Shown in pieces: positions 45,204 through 56,211 of a stretch of 64,000 nucleotides of DNA. A model generated the notes under the pieces. The model was given only the letters and a program-made list of their open reading frames with translations, was not told the origin of the DNA and did no database searches. The DNA lies in the NCBI GenBank assembly GCA_000165345.1, contig CM000432.1:96001-160000 (forward strand). The letters are read 5' to 3'. Made by a program: the position numbers and the translations under genes. Within the stretch, counting starts at the first letter, position 1. Each line of letters begins with the position of its first letter.

Positions 45204-46361
45204 ATGATGAGAAGCAAAAGATTGAGTTATATCCCAACTTTTGAGGATGAAAATGATTTTAAAAGCAATGATTTGAAAAAGGAAATGAATGATCAAGCTA
45301 TGGAAATTGATAATGACTGTGGTTGTGATTACGAAGACTTGGTCACTCGTGATAATACTGAGAATGAAAGAGAAGATGGAGAAATTGAGATGATTGATGA
45401 AAATGACGAAAATGAGCAAGAGGAGGGTTTATACAAGGATATTGATGGTGACGATGAAGATGATTATGAAGAAAGTGAAGAGGGAAGCGATACTATTTTT
45501 CCATTAATTTCTGAACCTTTGAAAACTTTTGTTACAGTAAATCCAGCAACACTTGAAGATGAAGAACTTTGGCCATTATCTAGTTTGAAAAGCTTATGCG
45601 AATATGTGGGAATTTCGGTCAAGGGAAATAGGAGGTGCATATTAAATAGATTACAAGCTTGGAATGGAGCTCCATTATCTGGAGCTGGCCATCCAGACTC
45701 ATATGATACGCGTTCAGCAAGATTTCATACTGTTCCAATGGCGTTTTTAGAAAAAAATAAGGTAGATCAGAGAAACAAAACAAGAAGTTGTTTAGAAAAT
45801 AAGATGGAGAAGAACAGAAGCTCTCTAGGAATGAAAGATTCTTTAAATGAAAATGGGAATATAGTTGGTGAACATCGAGAATTTGATGAGAGTGAAGGCA
45901 AAAGTAATAATCTTAAAAGCTTTCATTCTCCTTGTATTATTAAAAGAATGGAGTCATTAACTTCAACCCCCGTAACATCTTCTAAAAGAGAAATAAAGTC
46001 GTGTTTGAATACCACAAGTACTCCTAGAAAGAAATTAACACAAACCTCAAAGTCAGCTGGGAGAATTTGTTTTTCACCTTACAACCATGTAAGAGTTTTT
46101 GTATCGAACCCAGGGGAGAGAGAACTCAATATGGATCCTGACTCAATTTTAAGGCTGATTGACGATTATGATTATGAGTTTGAAGAAGATGATAATCGGT
46201 TATTAGGAGAATCTTGCAATACAAATACAAACAATTTAGTGAACGAATTTCAAAATAAGGAGACTTTTTTGATAACTAATAAGGATTATGTTGATGAAGA
46301 GAATAGTAACAAGAGCAACTTCTGGAGTAATTCTGCAAGTGTTTTTGCATCAAATGAATAA
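45204..46361 (+). CDS. Acidic protein (D/E-rich N-terminus) with a SAP-like helix-extended-helix motif; function unknown
   Basis: 385 aa with ATG at 45204 (tandem ATGATG). LSSLKSLCEYVGISVKGNRRCILNRLQAW fits the SAP consensus L..L.V.EL...L...GL...G.K..LI.RL. It is preceded by a DEDDYEESEEGSD acidic tract. Confidence 0.4.
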   Translation: MMRSKRLSYIPTFEDENDFKSNDLKKEMNDQAMEIDNDCGCDYEDLVTRDNTENEREDGEIEMIDENDENEQEEGLYKDIDGDDEDDYEESEEGSDTIFPLISEPLKTFVTVNPATLEDEELWPLSSLKSLCEYVGISVKGNRRCILNRLQAWNGAPLSGAGHPDSYDTRSARFHTVPMAFLEKNKVDQRNKTRSCLENKMEKNRSSLGMKDSLNENGNIVGEHREFDESEGKSNNLKSFHSPCIIKRMESLTSTPVTSSKREIKSCLNTTSTPRKKLTQTSKSAGRICFSPYNHVRVFVSNPGERELNMDPDSILRLIDDYDYEFEEDDNRLLGESCNTNTNNLVNEFQNKETFLITNKDYVDEENSNKSNFWSNSASVFASNE

Positions 46362-46555
46362 TTAGTTAATTAGATACCATTTTCAAAACAAATTAATATT
46401 TAGTTTTGAAGGATAAATAGTAATTTGTCGATTAGTAGAGTAATATATCAATCAGTTGATAAAATTTAAATTCTTTAACAATCTACAATTAGGAAAGAAT
46501 AGTAAAATTAAAGAAAAATGAGTAATTAATATCTACTTGTTATAATTAAAATAAT

Positions 46556-47707
46556 CTATTGTTTATCCTTTTTATCTTCTGAATCACTCTTATTAAGCTG
46601 TCTTAAAGCATCCTGGATTCTTGGATCATTAATATCAACTCCTGGGATTCCTTGAATAAGTCCTTCAATAGAGTTTGGATCACTTGTACTTCCAGCTTGA
46701 GCATTATTCCCTTGGTTAGGATTTGTAGAAGTATTAGATGTATTTTCAGAAGTGGATGTACCTTGTTGCTGATTACTAGTATTAGTGTTATTGGTGGAAT
46801 CATTGCCAGAAAAGTCTTGAATAGAGAGCAAAAGAGCTTGCCTAAGCTCATCATCAACTTCCATAGCATTAATCTCATTGATAGTTGGGATAGAGTCAAA
46901 ATTATTGGTTGTTGATTGTCCTTGTGCAGAGTTAGCAGGCTCTGCAGATGAGGGATTTCCTTCAGTATTGCCTTCGAGCCTCATCTGACGGTTTCTTTCC
47001 TCCTCCATTGACATCCTAAGTGCCATATAAAGCTCAGGATCAGCGTTAGGATCAATTCCAAACTCAAATCCAGAAGTTTCTCCAGCAGCTCCAGCAAGCC
47101 CATCTGCATAAACTCCAGAGGAAGTTCCTTCTCCAAGAACAATGGGAGATGCCATGAGTGCATCAGTTAAGTTTGTAGGAGCAGCAACCTCTACGAAGTT
47201 ACTGGTATTATCATTATTTGCAGCATTTACTAATGCTTGGAGTCTTTCTCTATTCACGAGAATCTCTCCAAAACTAATAATATCGATAGAAACATTGTTC
47301 TTCTTCAAAACTTTTCCAAGCTTCTCTAGCTGTTTCTCAGTTAAGTCGTCTTCTAGAGGACTACCAACAAAACATACAATTCTTTGCCTTAGATTTTTAT
47401 TAAGTCTATGCTTTAGAGCCAATTGTGCGATTTGTATTCCTCTGAGAAGATCAATCTTCCCATTAAGCCGAATCCCATCCATTGCATGCATGGTCTTACT
47501 TAAATCTGATGTTGGTGTTACCCTCAATTCAATTCTTTCGCCTGCCATTGATAGTATTCCAACAAGATTTTCTGGATTCTGCTGAGTTTTGATTCCGGAG
47601 ATAAAGTTAGTTGCATCTTGCTGTTGGAGCATTCTTGATGTTCCGTAGTCACCATTTCTTGAATAGTTTGAATTATCCAAACAAATTACTGTTGCTTCCA
47701 AAGTCAT
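46556..47707 (-). CDS. RPN10: 26S proteasome regulatory subunit Rpn10/PSMD4 (VWA domain plus two ubiquitin-interacting motifs)
   Basis: MTLEATVICLDNSNYSRNGDYGTSRML... is the canonical Rpn10 VWA start (compare [20 protein letters not shown]). The UIMs are DPELYMALRMSMEEE and DDELRQALLLSIQD. The ORF-track start at 47773 is a TTG codon; the true ATG is 47705-47707. Confidence 0.85.
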   Translation of the reverse strand: MTLEATVICLDNSNYSRNGDYGTSRMLQQQDATNFISGIKTQQNPENLVGILSMAGERIELRVTPTSDLSKTMHAMDGIRLNGKIDLLRGIQIAQLALKHRLNKNLRQRIVCFVGSPLEDDLTEKQLEKLGKVLKKNNVSIDIISFGEILVNRERLQALVNAANNDNTSNFVEVAAPTNLTDALMASPIVLGEGTSSGVYADGLAGAAGETSGFEFGIDPNADPELYMALRMSMEEERNRQMRLEGNTEGNPSSAEPANSAQGQSTTNNFDSIPTINEINAMEVDDELRQALLLSIQDFSGNDSTNNTNTSNQQQGTSTSENTSNTSTNPNQGNNAQAGSTSDPNSIEGLIQGIPGVDINDPRIQDALRQLNKSDSEDKKDKQ

Positions 47708-47916
47708 TGTTACTAATTTTCTAACCTTTCCAATGTATTCCTTCGTTTCTTTAAGTTTAGTTCTTCCTTTCAACGTACTTTTACTGGAATGATATCAGTC
47801 CAAGGCTATTGCCATTCTATTTATATATTAATTTTATTCAAAACTGATAAATCTCGTAAATTGTACACTAGCTTATTTTACAAGTATTATTTAAAAATAA
47901 TATTTAACTCCCCTCA

Positions 47917-47927
47917 ATGGCGCCAAT
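47917..47927. promoter_or_regulatory. aTGGCGCCAat E2F-like box in the divergent Rpn10 / V-ATPase-C promoter
   Basis: Read directly; about 210 bp upstream of the Rpn10 ATG. Confidence 0.4.
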
Positions 47928-48702
47928 AATTGTGTATAAAATAATTATTATTTTAGCAGAAAAAAAATTGCATATAAAATCTAAATAAGATTTAGGGGGA
48001 AGGTAAATGAATTATCAAAAAATTTAGTATATTTATTAAATCATACAAAAACAGTTAGAGCATTGCTATTATTAACTTCTCTAGGATTAATGAATTAAGA
48101 TTTGAACCTCGTTAATTATTTTTAGTTAAATGTAATTATATATTAATAAGTAACTAGATTCTAATTTAATACCAAATAATTATTGATCTATACCAATTTA
48201 AAGTATTTAGCTTCCCTGTTCAATATCGATTGCTTAAATTATTTATCAGGAAGTGTTTTCTTTTTTCTAGAGCAATCCTTTTTCTTAGTAAAAATTGCTT
48301 ATTTAAGTAGGCAGGTTGAAAACTTTAAACCTTGGAAAAAATATGGCGGCAACCGGGGAATTTTTTTTTAATTATAAATATTTTATTGATATATATTTTT
48401 TTTAAAATATTATTTACAAGTTAATAGGGGCGAAAAAAAATAAATATATTTGGGACGAGGGAACAAAAAAAAAAAAAAAAGTTAATTATTACAAGTTATC
48501 TAAGCAAAAAGGAATATTTTGTAATAAATCAACAAATATCTAGGTCAATTTATGGAGGAAGAAAATAAACAGTGATTAATTAAAAGCGAGTATTTATTAC
48601 AATATAAAGGATTAAAAAAATTGGATAACGCCATTATTATTAATCATTATTTAAACAACTAAAAGTTTTAGTAGATATTTGTTAGTGATTTAGTGAGCTA
48701 AT

Positions 48703-49974
48703 ATGGGATCATCTGATAGCAATAAGGAATCTCAAACTCAACAATATTTGATAGTGGCATGTGCCTTAACTGAAAATAGTAAGGATTCGATTAAAGATGA
48801 ACTTATAAAGAGTTCAAAGAATATTAGCTCAAATGTGAGTGTACTGGATTTTGACGTTCCATTTTCACTAAAGTTTGGAGCATTTGACGATTTAGTCAAG
48901 TTAGTGGACGATTTAGCCAAACATGATACCGGTGTAGAGGTTGTTTTGAGGAGAGTAGAAAGATTGGGTCTAGAACTAGACCCTGGAATGGAATTGAGAA
49001 TCATTTGGCAAAGAAGTTCATATACAATACAACAATATTTGAGAAGTTTCTCCTGGGATCATGCTAAATTTCCTAAAGAAAGATCAATGAAGGAGAATTT
49101 GGCAGCATTGTTACAATCAGTCTCTAAATTGGATACAGATTTAAGAGCAAAATCTGCTCAATTTAACGAGGTAAAGGCTTCAGTTCAAAATAGTTTTGGG
49201 AAATCAGCAACTCAAGGTTCTTCAAATTCAGGTAATGGCGCAGAAAGTGGAACTTCTAATACTAGTGGCAACAATTTAATAGTAGTATCTGGAACTTTGA
49301 ATACAAAAGACTTAACTGATGTAATTACACCAGAATGTATTGAAAGTGGCGACATTGTGGATACTGAGCATATTATTACTGTTTTTGTGATTGTTCCAAA
49401 AGGAAACAAGGAAAACTTCTTAAGTAGTTATGAAAGCTTTGACAAATATGTTGTTCCAAAGTCTGCCAAATTCATTAAAGGGATTACTGACAAGGATGGA
49501 AATGAAATAACTCGGGTTTTAATATTCAAGTCTTCTGTTGAGAATTTTAAGACAAACTGTAAAAATCATAAATTTACTGTAAGAGATGACTTTAAATACT
49601 CACAAGAGAAGTATAACCATTTAATGAGTACTCGTCAAAAGCTTTTACAAGAGAAGGATAAGCAAGAAAAGTACCTTAAGAGAATGTGTTTTGCTGGATT
49701 CTCTGAAATTTTCATTTCTTGGATACATGTTAAGGCTATGAGATGCTTTGTTGAGGCTGTATTACGCTATGGAGTCCCACCACAATTTGCCTCATTCATG
49801 ATTAGTATGGATTCAAATCAGTCAAAATTGAAGAAGGTCCAGAATTCTGTAGAGAAGGTATTCACTGAAATGGGTAGAATTGGCGCTACATTCAAGTCCA
49901 ATGAGAAGGACGTTGATGACGAATACACTCCATATGTATTTCTGCAATTCTCTCCATATCAGCAATCTCTTTGA
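48703..49974 (+). CDS. V-type proton ATPase subunit C (Vma5/ATP6V1C family)
   Basis: There is collinear similarity to the V1 C subunit along the whole protein. The most diagnostic block is FSEIFISWIHVKAMRCFVEAVLRYGVPPQFASFMI, compare [30 protein letters not shown]. Others are RSFSWDHAKFPKERSMKENL, compare RFQWDMAKYPIKQSLKNI; and KFTVRDDFKYSQEKYNHL, compare KFIVRDFQYNEEEMK. Confidence 0.85.
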   Translation: MGSSDSNKESQTQQYLIVACALTENSKDSIKDELIKSSKNISSNVSVLDFDVPFSLKFGAFDDLVKLVDDLAKHDTGVEVVLRRVERLGLELDPGMELRIIWQRSSYTIQQYLRSFSWDHAKFPKERSMKENLAALLQSVSKLDTDLRAKSAQFNEVKASVQNSFGKSATQGSSNSGNGAESGTSNTSGNNLIVVSGTLNTKDLTDVITPECIESGDIVDTEHIITVFVIVPKGNKENFLSSYESFDKYVVPKSAKFIKGITDKDGNEITRVLIFKSSVENFKTNCKNHKFTVRDDFKYSQEKYNHLMSTRQKLLQEKDKQEKYLKRMCFAGFSEIFISWIHVKAMRCFVEAVLRYGVPPQFASFMISMDSNQSKLKKVQNSVEKVFTEMGRIGATFKSNEKDVDDEYTPYVFLQFSPYQQSL

Positions 49975-50201
49975 GTTTTATATTCACCACATAATTCAAT
50001 CTATAATGAGAGGTGGAGATCTTAGAATTCAGATAGAATATTATCAATTTGTTTTATAATAGAGAGAGATGTTCTTTAATACTAATAATTTTTTTTTAAA
50101 TTTTAAATATTCAAATTAATCCTTATTTGATATCTATACTTATATTTATCTATGATTTTGTTTTTTTATGCCTAATTCTAACTATATTTTCTTTCAGTAT
50201 C

Positions 50202-51293
50202 TTAGTTTGAGTCTATGTTTGAGGATGCTGAAGCTGAAGATGGAGACCAAAGTATATCATAGTTTCTTAGTACATGCTGGCTTTGCTCACCAATTTCTTT
50301 ACTATTCATATTCTTTCGATCTTCATTTGCTCTATCTTCATCATCGTCCTTATCAGATTGCAAAATATCTCTACTAAACAAAAAGTAATTTCCAATACTA
50401 TCCTTGTTGAAATTATTAGTTTCTGTATCAACAGAACTAAAGTAGTGACTTCCATTATTCTCTGGTAAGTCGGTAGTGTTATTATCATAGAGAGCTTTAA
50501 TTTGTTGACGGACCTTTTCTTGCTGTCTTCTAATTCGTTCAATTCTCTGGGCTGTTGTATTACTTTCCTGATTCTGGTTAGTAATAACTTGAGTTTTTAC
50601 TGACTCAACTGGAGTAATAATGTTATCCTCATTAAAGCTTGTAACACAAGGTTGAGTTTCCTGCTTATATTTGGCTTCTTTTAATACTGAGGTCCAAGGT
50701 GTGTCTATATAAGCTTCCAATACGTTAATAAAAGTAAAGATAGTCTCTTGTAAGTTTATTAAGTCTTCATGAAAAAGTTCTAATTGGTCAGAAAGTCTGG
50801 ACTCCTCATTATGAGTAATATCCTTTTTAATTTGTTCAATTCCCTCTTCAAATTTAAAGTTTCCTTTCCCAAATTTGGAGGGAATGTCCCGATTGCACCA
50901 ATCTGGAACCTTATTCTGTTCAATTTTCTTTGAGCTCCCCGAAAAATTCCTTTCTTTGCCAATTAGGTTGTAGAGCTTTCTTATTTGCTCATTAAGAACA
51001 ACACTAATACTCTCTAGATTTGAAACTGAATTCTTTACTTGTTTACATTGGTATCTAAACCCTTCAAATGAAAACAATCCTCTTTTACATTCTATACATA
51101 ATAACTCAGGAATAACATTAGGCAACTCAGTTCCTAGACCCGTAGCAACACCAAACTTATCTCTTTTACAAATCACACACTCATTAGAGTCTTCAAAATT
51201 CCAAATTCCTCCTTTTGGGAGCTTTCTTTTATTATTCCCAAATAATAAATCATAAATTAGCTCTTGTTTTGCATAGTTCCTCTGACTCTGCAT
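50202..51293 (-). CDS. Hypothetical protein with an N-terminal paired CxxC motif (CVIC...23 aa...CIEC) followed by coiled coil and a Ser/Asp-rich tail; function unknown
   Basis: 363-aa ORF with ATG confirmed. The architecture is reminiscent of Atg14/Barkor-type proteins (N-terminal Cys repeats plus coiled coil), but no sequence-level match can be asserted. Confidence 0.45.
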   Translation of the reverse strand: MQSQRNYAKQELIYDLLFGNNKRKLPKGGIWNFEDSNECVICKRDKFGVATGLGTELPNVIPELLCIECKRGLFSFEGFRYQCKQVKNSVSNLESISVVLNEQIRKLYNLIGKERNFSGSSKKIEQNKVPDWCNRDIPSKFGKGNFKFEEGIEQIKKDITHNEESRLSDQLELFHEDLINLQETIFTFINVLEAYIDTPWTSVLKEAKYKQETQPCVTSFNEDNIITPVESVKTQVITNQNQESNTTAQRIERIRRQQEKVRQQIKALYDNNTTDLPENNGSHYFSSVDTETNNFNKDSIGNYFLFSRDILQSDKDDDEDRANEDRKNMNSKEIGEQSQHVLRNYDILWSPSSASASSNIDSN

Positions 51294-51390
51294 TGTGAAT
51301 AAAGGTCTGCTAACCTGATTTAGTTTTTACTTTACTTTTAGGAAAAGTAGAAACTTTGGAGAGCTGTTTTAGTCCTTTATTAAATTTTTT

Positions 51391-51417
51391 CATGCAAACC
51401 CCATGCAAGGCGCCAAT
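51391..51417. promoter_or_regulatory. Composite CATGCAA-CATGCAA-GGCGCCAAT element about 100 bp upstream of the 51293 minus-strand start, shared with the divergent 51999 gene
   Basis: The sequence reads tCATGCAAaccCCATGCAAGGCGCCAATat. Confidence 0.4.
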
Positions 51418-51998
51418 ATATACACTGAAATAATAAATTTAACTGAATAGGAATTGAAAGGATGCAAATTTTTACTAAACATTCAGAATCAAATAATTAT
51501 ATTTAATTAACCAATTTAAACAAGAGTAGCCATATGGAATCACAGGTTTTAATGCTTTAACACGAATGTTTTTTTTAAATTTGTTGTACCTTTAAAAATT
51601 TAGCAAAGCCTAAATTGTCTCACATTTGACCCGCCTATGTGGAATTATTACATGCAAAGTAAATTAAAATATAAATTTAGAAGTAAATAAAGAAATAAGT
51701 TCATTAAAAAATAAAAGAAATCTAATAAAGGATTTGAGCTAATAATAATAAGGATCACTCTGATTGAGGTTGTTCTCTGCTTTTCCAGAAACATATTGAA
51801 CTAGTATCTACTAGTTTGAATTAATCATAAATATTCCTATATTAAAAATATTCTCCTGGCTAATGTAGCATAAATTGGGTGCCTTTTTGATTAGTATAAA
51901 ATATATCTCTATTTATTTATTTAAAAAAGGTAAAAGTTGTTTATTTGTTGTTCTCAGAATTAACAACTGGTAAATTAGAATGTAAAGTAATATTAAGA

Positions 51999-52916
51999 AT
52001 GAATACTCCAACTAAAAAGAATACTCAAGATAAGGTTAATGATGAATCTTTATTAGGTTCATACTACAGACTAAAGTCTTATAAAAAGCTCACAAGTAAT
52101 AAGAAGTCTACGATAAATGGAGAAGTTTCCAACCAAAATATAGATGAAAACGCAATTTATACAACTCCAATAAGAAGCTCTCGAAGAATAAGTTCACGCA
52201 AGAATTATGCAAAAGAAGAGCCTAATCTTTTGGATTATTCACCAGATTCCAAGAATGGGAAAATTTTAGTCACTCCGAATCCATATATCGGAGATGATAT
52301 TGTTGAGGAATTGCTAAATGATATGCTTTTGAAGTATAAAGACAAAATTCAAATAATCAATTTTAATAAACAACCTCAAATACTTGATGAGATCAATAAA
52401 GATGAAATTGAGGATTTATATACGAAGTTTGATTCAAAACTACAAATTAATGATTCTAATACAAGAACAATCCATTCTATTGAAAAAGAGACCTTTGAAA
52501 GCCAGGAAGAAATTAATTGTGAAGACAAAAATGAAGAAAAAAATCAAGAGATAGAAGATAAGAAACTTAAGCCTATCTTACCAAAACTAGCAGGAAAGAA
52601 AGAGTATTTTGTGTGCAGAAATAAACCAAGAAAATTCATTGGGGGTGGTACAGTAACTAACTCAATATTGGTAAATAATACATGCAAATACGAAATTATT
52701 GCAGAAAACGAATATTGGATGGTTGTTGAGTTCCCAAAGAACAGCAGTCTATATAGAAAACATAACTGTCCACGTGTACTCACTCAAAAGAGAATATTTG
52801 GGAGTCCAGTTAATTTCCCAGCAGTACAGTCTATTGACGAGTACAAAACCTTACATTCAGAACTGAAACAATTGCTAGAACTTAGTAATTACTGTTATTC
52901 CCCAGATTTGTTTTAG
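51999..52916 (+). CDS. Hypothetical protein, Lys/Asn-rich, no recognisable domain
   Basis: The ORF-track start at 51945 is TTG; the first ATG is at 51999 (MNTPTKKNTQDK...), giving 305 aa. It runs with consistent codon usage to the TAG at 52914-52916. Confidence 0.4.
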   Translation: MNTPTKKNTQDKVNDESLLGSYYRLKSYKKLTSNKKSTINGEVSNQNIDENAIYTTPIRSSRRISSRKNYAKEEPNLLDYSPDSKNGKILVTPNPYIGDDIVEELLNDMLLKYKDKIQIINFNKQPQILDEINKDEIEDLYTKFDSKLQINDSNTRTIHSIEKETFESQEEINCEDKNEEKNQEIEDKKLKPILPKLAGKKEYFVCRNKPRKFIGGGTVTNSILVNNTCKYEIIAENEYWMVVEFPKNSSLYRKHNCPRVLTQKRIFGSPVNFPAVQSIDEYKTLHSELKQLLELSNYCYSPDLF

Positions 52917-53349
52917 TTTGAAGCAAGAATTTATTTATAATAACTAATTGTAAACATTCTTTAATATTTATTTGTTTTGCGAGACAAAGAGAACAATACA
53001 AGTTAGAGTGATCGTAGTTTTTCTCGAAAAATAAATAATTATATTTATTTGTTTTCAAAAAAAAAACTGAATAAAAAAAAAACTCTTATTTCAAATAATA
53101 TTTGTGTGCATGTATAATTAATATTCAAAATCCCAGATTTTTTTAAATTCTTGCAAAAATTCTAAATTTAGGAAAAAAATAACTTAACAAAAATTTGTAA
53201 AATATTTTCTTTCTTTATTCCTCTCTCTCTTGAAAGCATTAGCAAATATTTGCAATTTTATTGGTCTTTCTATTTTATTCCATAGTAATCATTTTGTGAC
53301 AATTTTCCCAAACTTTAACAAATTTTCCACTTTTTACCCACATCAACAC

Positions 53350-53395
53350 AATTCCCGCCTTTTGTACTAAACGGGGTGGCGCCTTTGGGGCGCGC
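53350..53395. promoter_or_regulatory. E2F-type box cluster upstream of the UBC gene (TTCCCGCC, TGGCGCC, GGGGCGCGC)
   Basis: The sequence reads aaTTCCCGCCttttgtactaaacggggTGGCGCCtttGGGGCGCGCagcg, about 220 bp upstream of the ATG at 53599. Confidence 0.45.
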
Positions 53396-53598
53396 AGCGT
53401 AGATTTTATTGATATTTTTGTTGTTCAGCTATTAGTTTAAATAAATTTGAGCAAAGGGGGAAAGCTAAGGAAAAAATCGTAGCTTTAAAGTTGGTCAATA
53501 AAATTATTTTTCAAAGCTTCAAAGCAATATAGAATTAGAGTCATATATTTGCGAGAATATTTCTTCTAACCCAAGATTAAACAGAAAGGTCAAGAAAG

Positions 53599-54454
<856 letters not shown>

Positions 54455-55948
54455 ATAAAATTTCAAGGAGAGATAGGAGGGGAAATAGATTTGAAAGAAC
54501 AGGAAAAGGCGATTGGTTCGAGGTTATATAAAGAGAATATTATATTTTCCCATTATTACTATAATTATATTATCCTTTTCTTTTGTGAATAGAATAATCG
54601 GCCTAGTAGCAGTTCCATAAAAATGGTCTTCAAAATTCCTTGATTAGTACTTGTGAAGTTGTTAATATACAATTCACAATTAGCAGGATTAGGAAAGTTT
54701 GATACTAAGGCTGTTACTCGACTAATCTACTCACATGTATTCCCACTCACTTTTCTATAAGGGCTTTAATAAATTTCAAGGTATTGAGAGTATTATCACC
54801 ATACATCCTAATTCAAACAGAAGAATTTAACACCTAATTCCCATATGAAGATTTTATACTTTGGTACATTTACCTATTTATTTAATCAGATTTGGGATAT
54901 TAATGTATTCCTTGTCCTCGTATGCCTTAATTATTGAAAATGCGCGGCAATTTATAACTAATTTAGAATGTGGGCCTCACTGCAATTTTACTGCTTAAAA
55001 ATTTATTCGGTTCCTTTTCTTTATCTTAAGGAGTTGGATATTATACAGTATTTTGGTTTAAATTGAGTTACACCCACATGTTTCTTTAGCTTGATTTTTT
55101 AGTATGTTGGTGAGTAGTTTTGTTGGTCTAAGTATATATGCGCATATATGTAGAAGTATACTTGCGTATGTAGGGTTTTTAAGAAGAGATACGATTTCAA
55201 GTTGGCATGAGGTGTTTGGTAGACCTAGCGGGGCAATTCATTATTGTGTTGTTCCAAAGTGCGAGACATCCTATTTTTTTGCTCAGTTAGATGAACTTGC
55301 GTTTTTCCATGCTACGTTTGGAAAATTCGCAAAACGATTCCATGTTTGATTTGCCAACGCATTAAAACTGTTTTTTTGATGTTGACTTAACCATTAAATT
55401 ATCTACAGTGGCTAATATTCATTTAATTTATTCGGTTAATAACATTTTGTATTTTTATTTCGAGGGGAAAATCATAAGAAATTCAAGTGTTTTCTAGTGA
55501 ATAAATGGGACCTTACTGGTTAATTCATCGAAATCTGATAGTTCCTTGTTTTTTAAGCAAATACACTTAATTGCAATACAAGATATTTTCTTTATTTGAT
55601 TAATTTGATAAAAAGATTAACTCAGATTTTACAAAAATCAATATTTATGCTAAAGTTAAATAATTAAAAAAAAAAGAGAAATCAATGGCTTGACCTTTAA
55701 TTATGATAAAATTACATTGGTCTGTTTACACGCAATAGAGATTATTATAAAATTAACTTTGAATTTAATCATGTGGATAAATGTATTATTCGAATTACTC
55801 GAATGGAATTAAAGGTTATCATTAAAGCTCAGTACAATTACTATTCCAACATAATCGTAGTTCTCTTCTTAGATTAATAAGCCTTATACTTCCAATATTG
55901 TGTTTCTCGAATACAATTATTAACCTGTAAAACGTCCACATAGAAAAT

Positions 55949-55993
55949 TGCATGCACATGCAATGTAATAACTATTGTGCAATGCATGCAAAA
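55949..55993. promoter_or_regulatory. Triple TGCATGCA/CATGCA box cluster inside the 1.76-kb gap between two convergent 3' ends
   Basis: The sequence reads tTGCATGCACATGCAatgtaataactattgtgcaATGCATGCAaaaaa. No annotated 5' end is nearby, so it may mark an unannotated transcript. Confidence 0.35.
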
Positions 55994-56211
55994 AAAAAAT
56001 TAACCAAATTTTAAATTAGAAAAAAAAATTAGCTAAAATAGTTAAGTCTATGATAAATAGTAATTATATGTAAGTATTGGTTGTTTATAGTGTTTTTACT
56101 AATAGTTTATAAGTATTCAAGTATCTATTAATAATAAATTAATTATTAGTCTCTTGATATTGGACTATTAAATTGAGAATTTATTCCATACTGTTTAATA
56201 AAATATATGTT

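Noticed and set aside
48040-48080. Possible tRNA on the minus strand, suggested by AGATTTGAACC (reverse complement GGTTCAAATCT, T-arm-like)
   Set aside because: The flanking sequence is extremely AT-rich and cannot form acceptor, D or anticodon stems. No other tRNA-like T-loop/box A-B pattern was found anywhere in the window.
55104-55349. 81-aa ORF as a protein-coding gene
   Set aside because: There are no conserved motifs and the codon/amino-acid composition is atypical. I treat the region as a candidate non-coding or mis-modelled locus (see findings) rather than a CDS.
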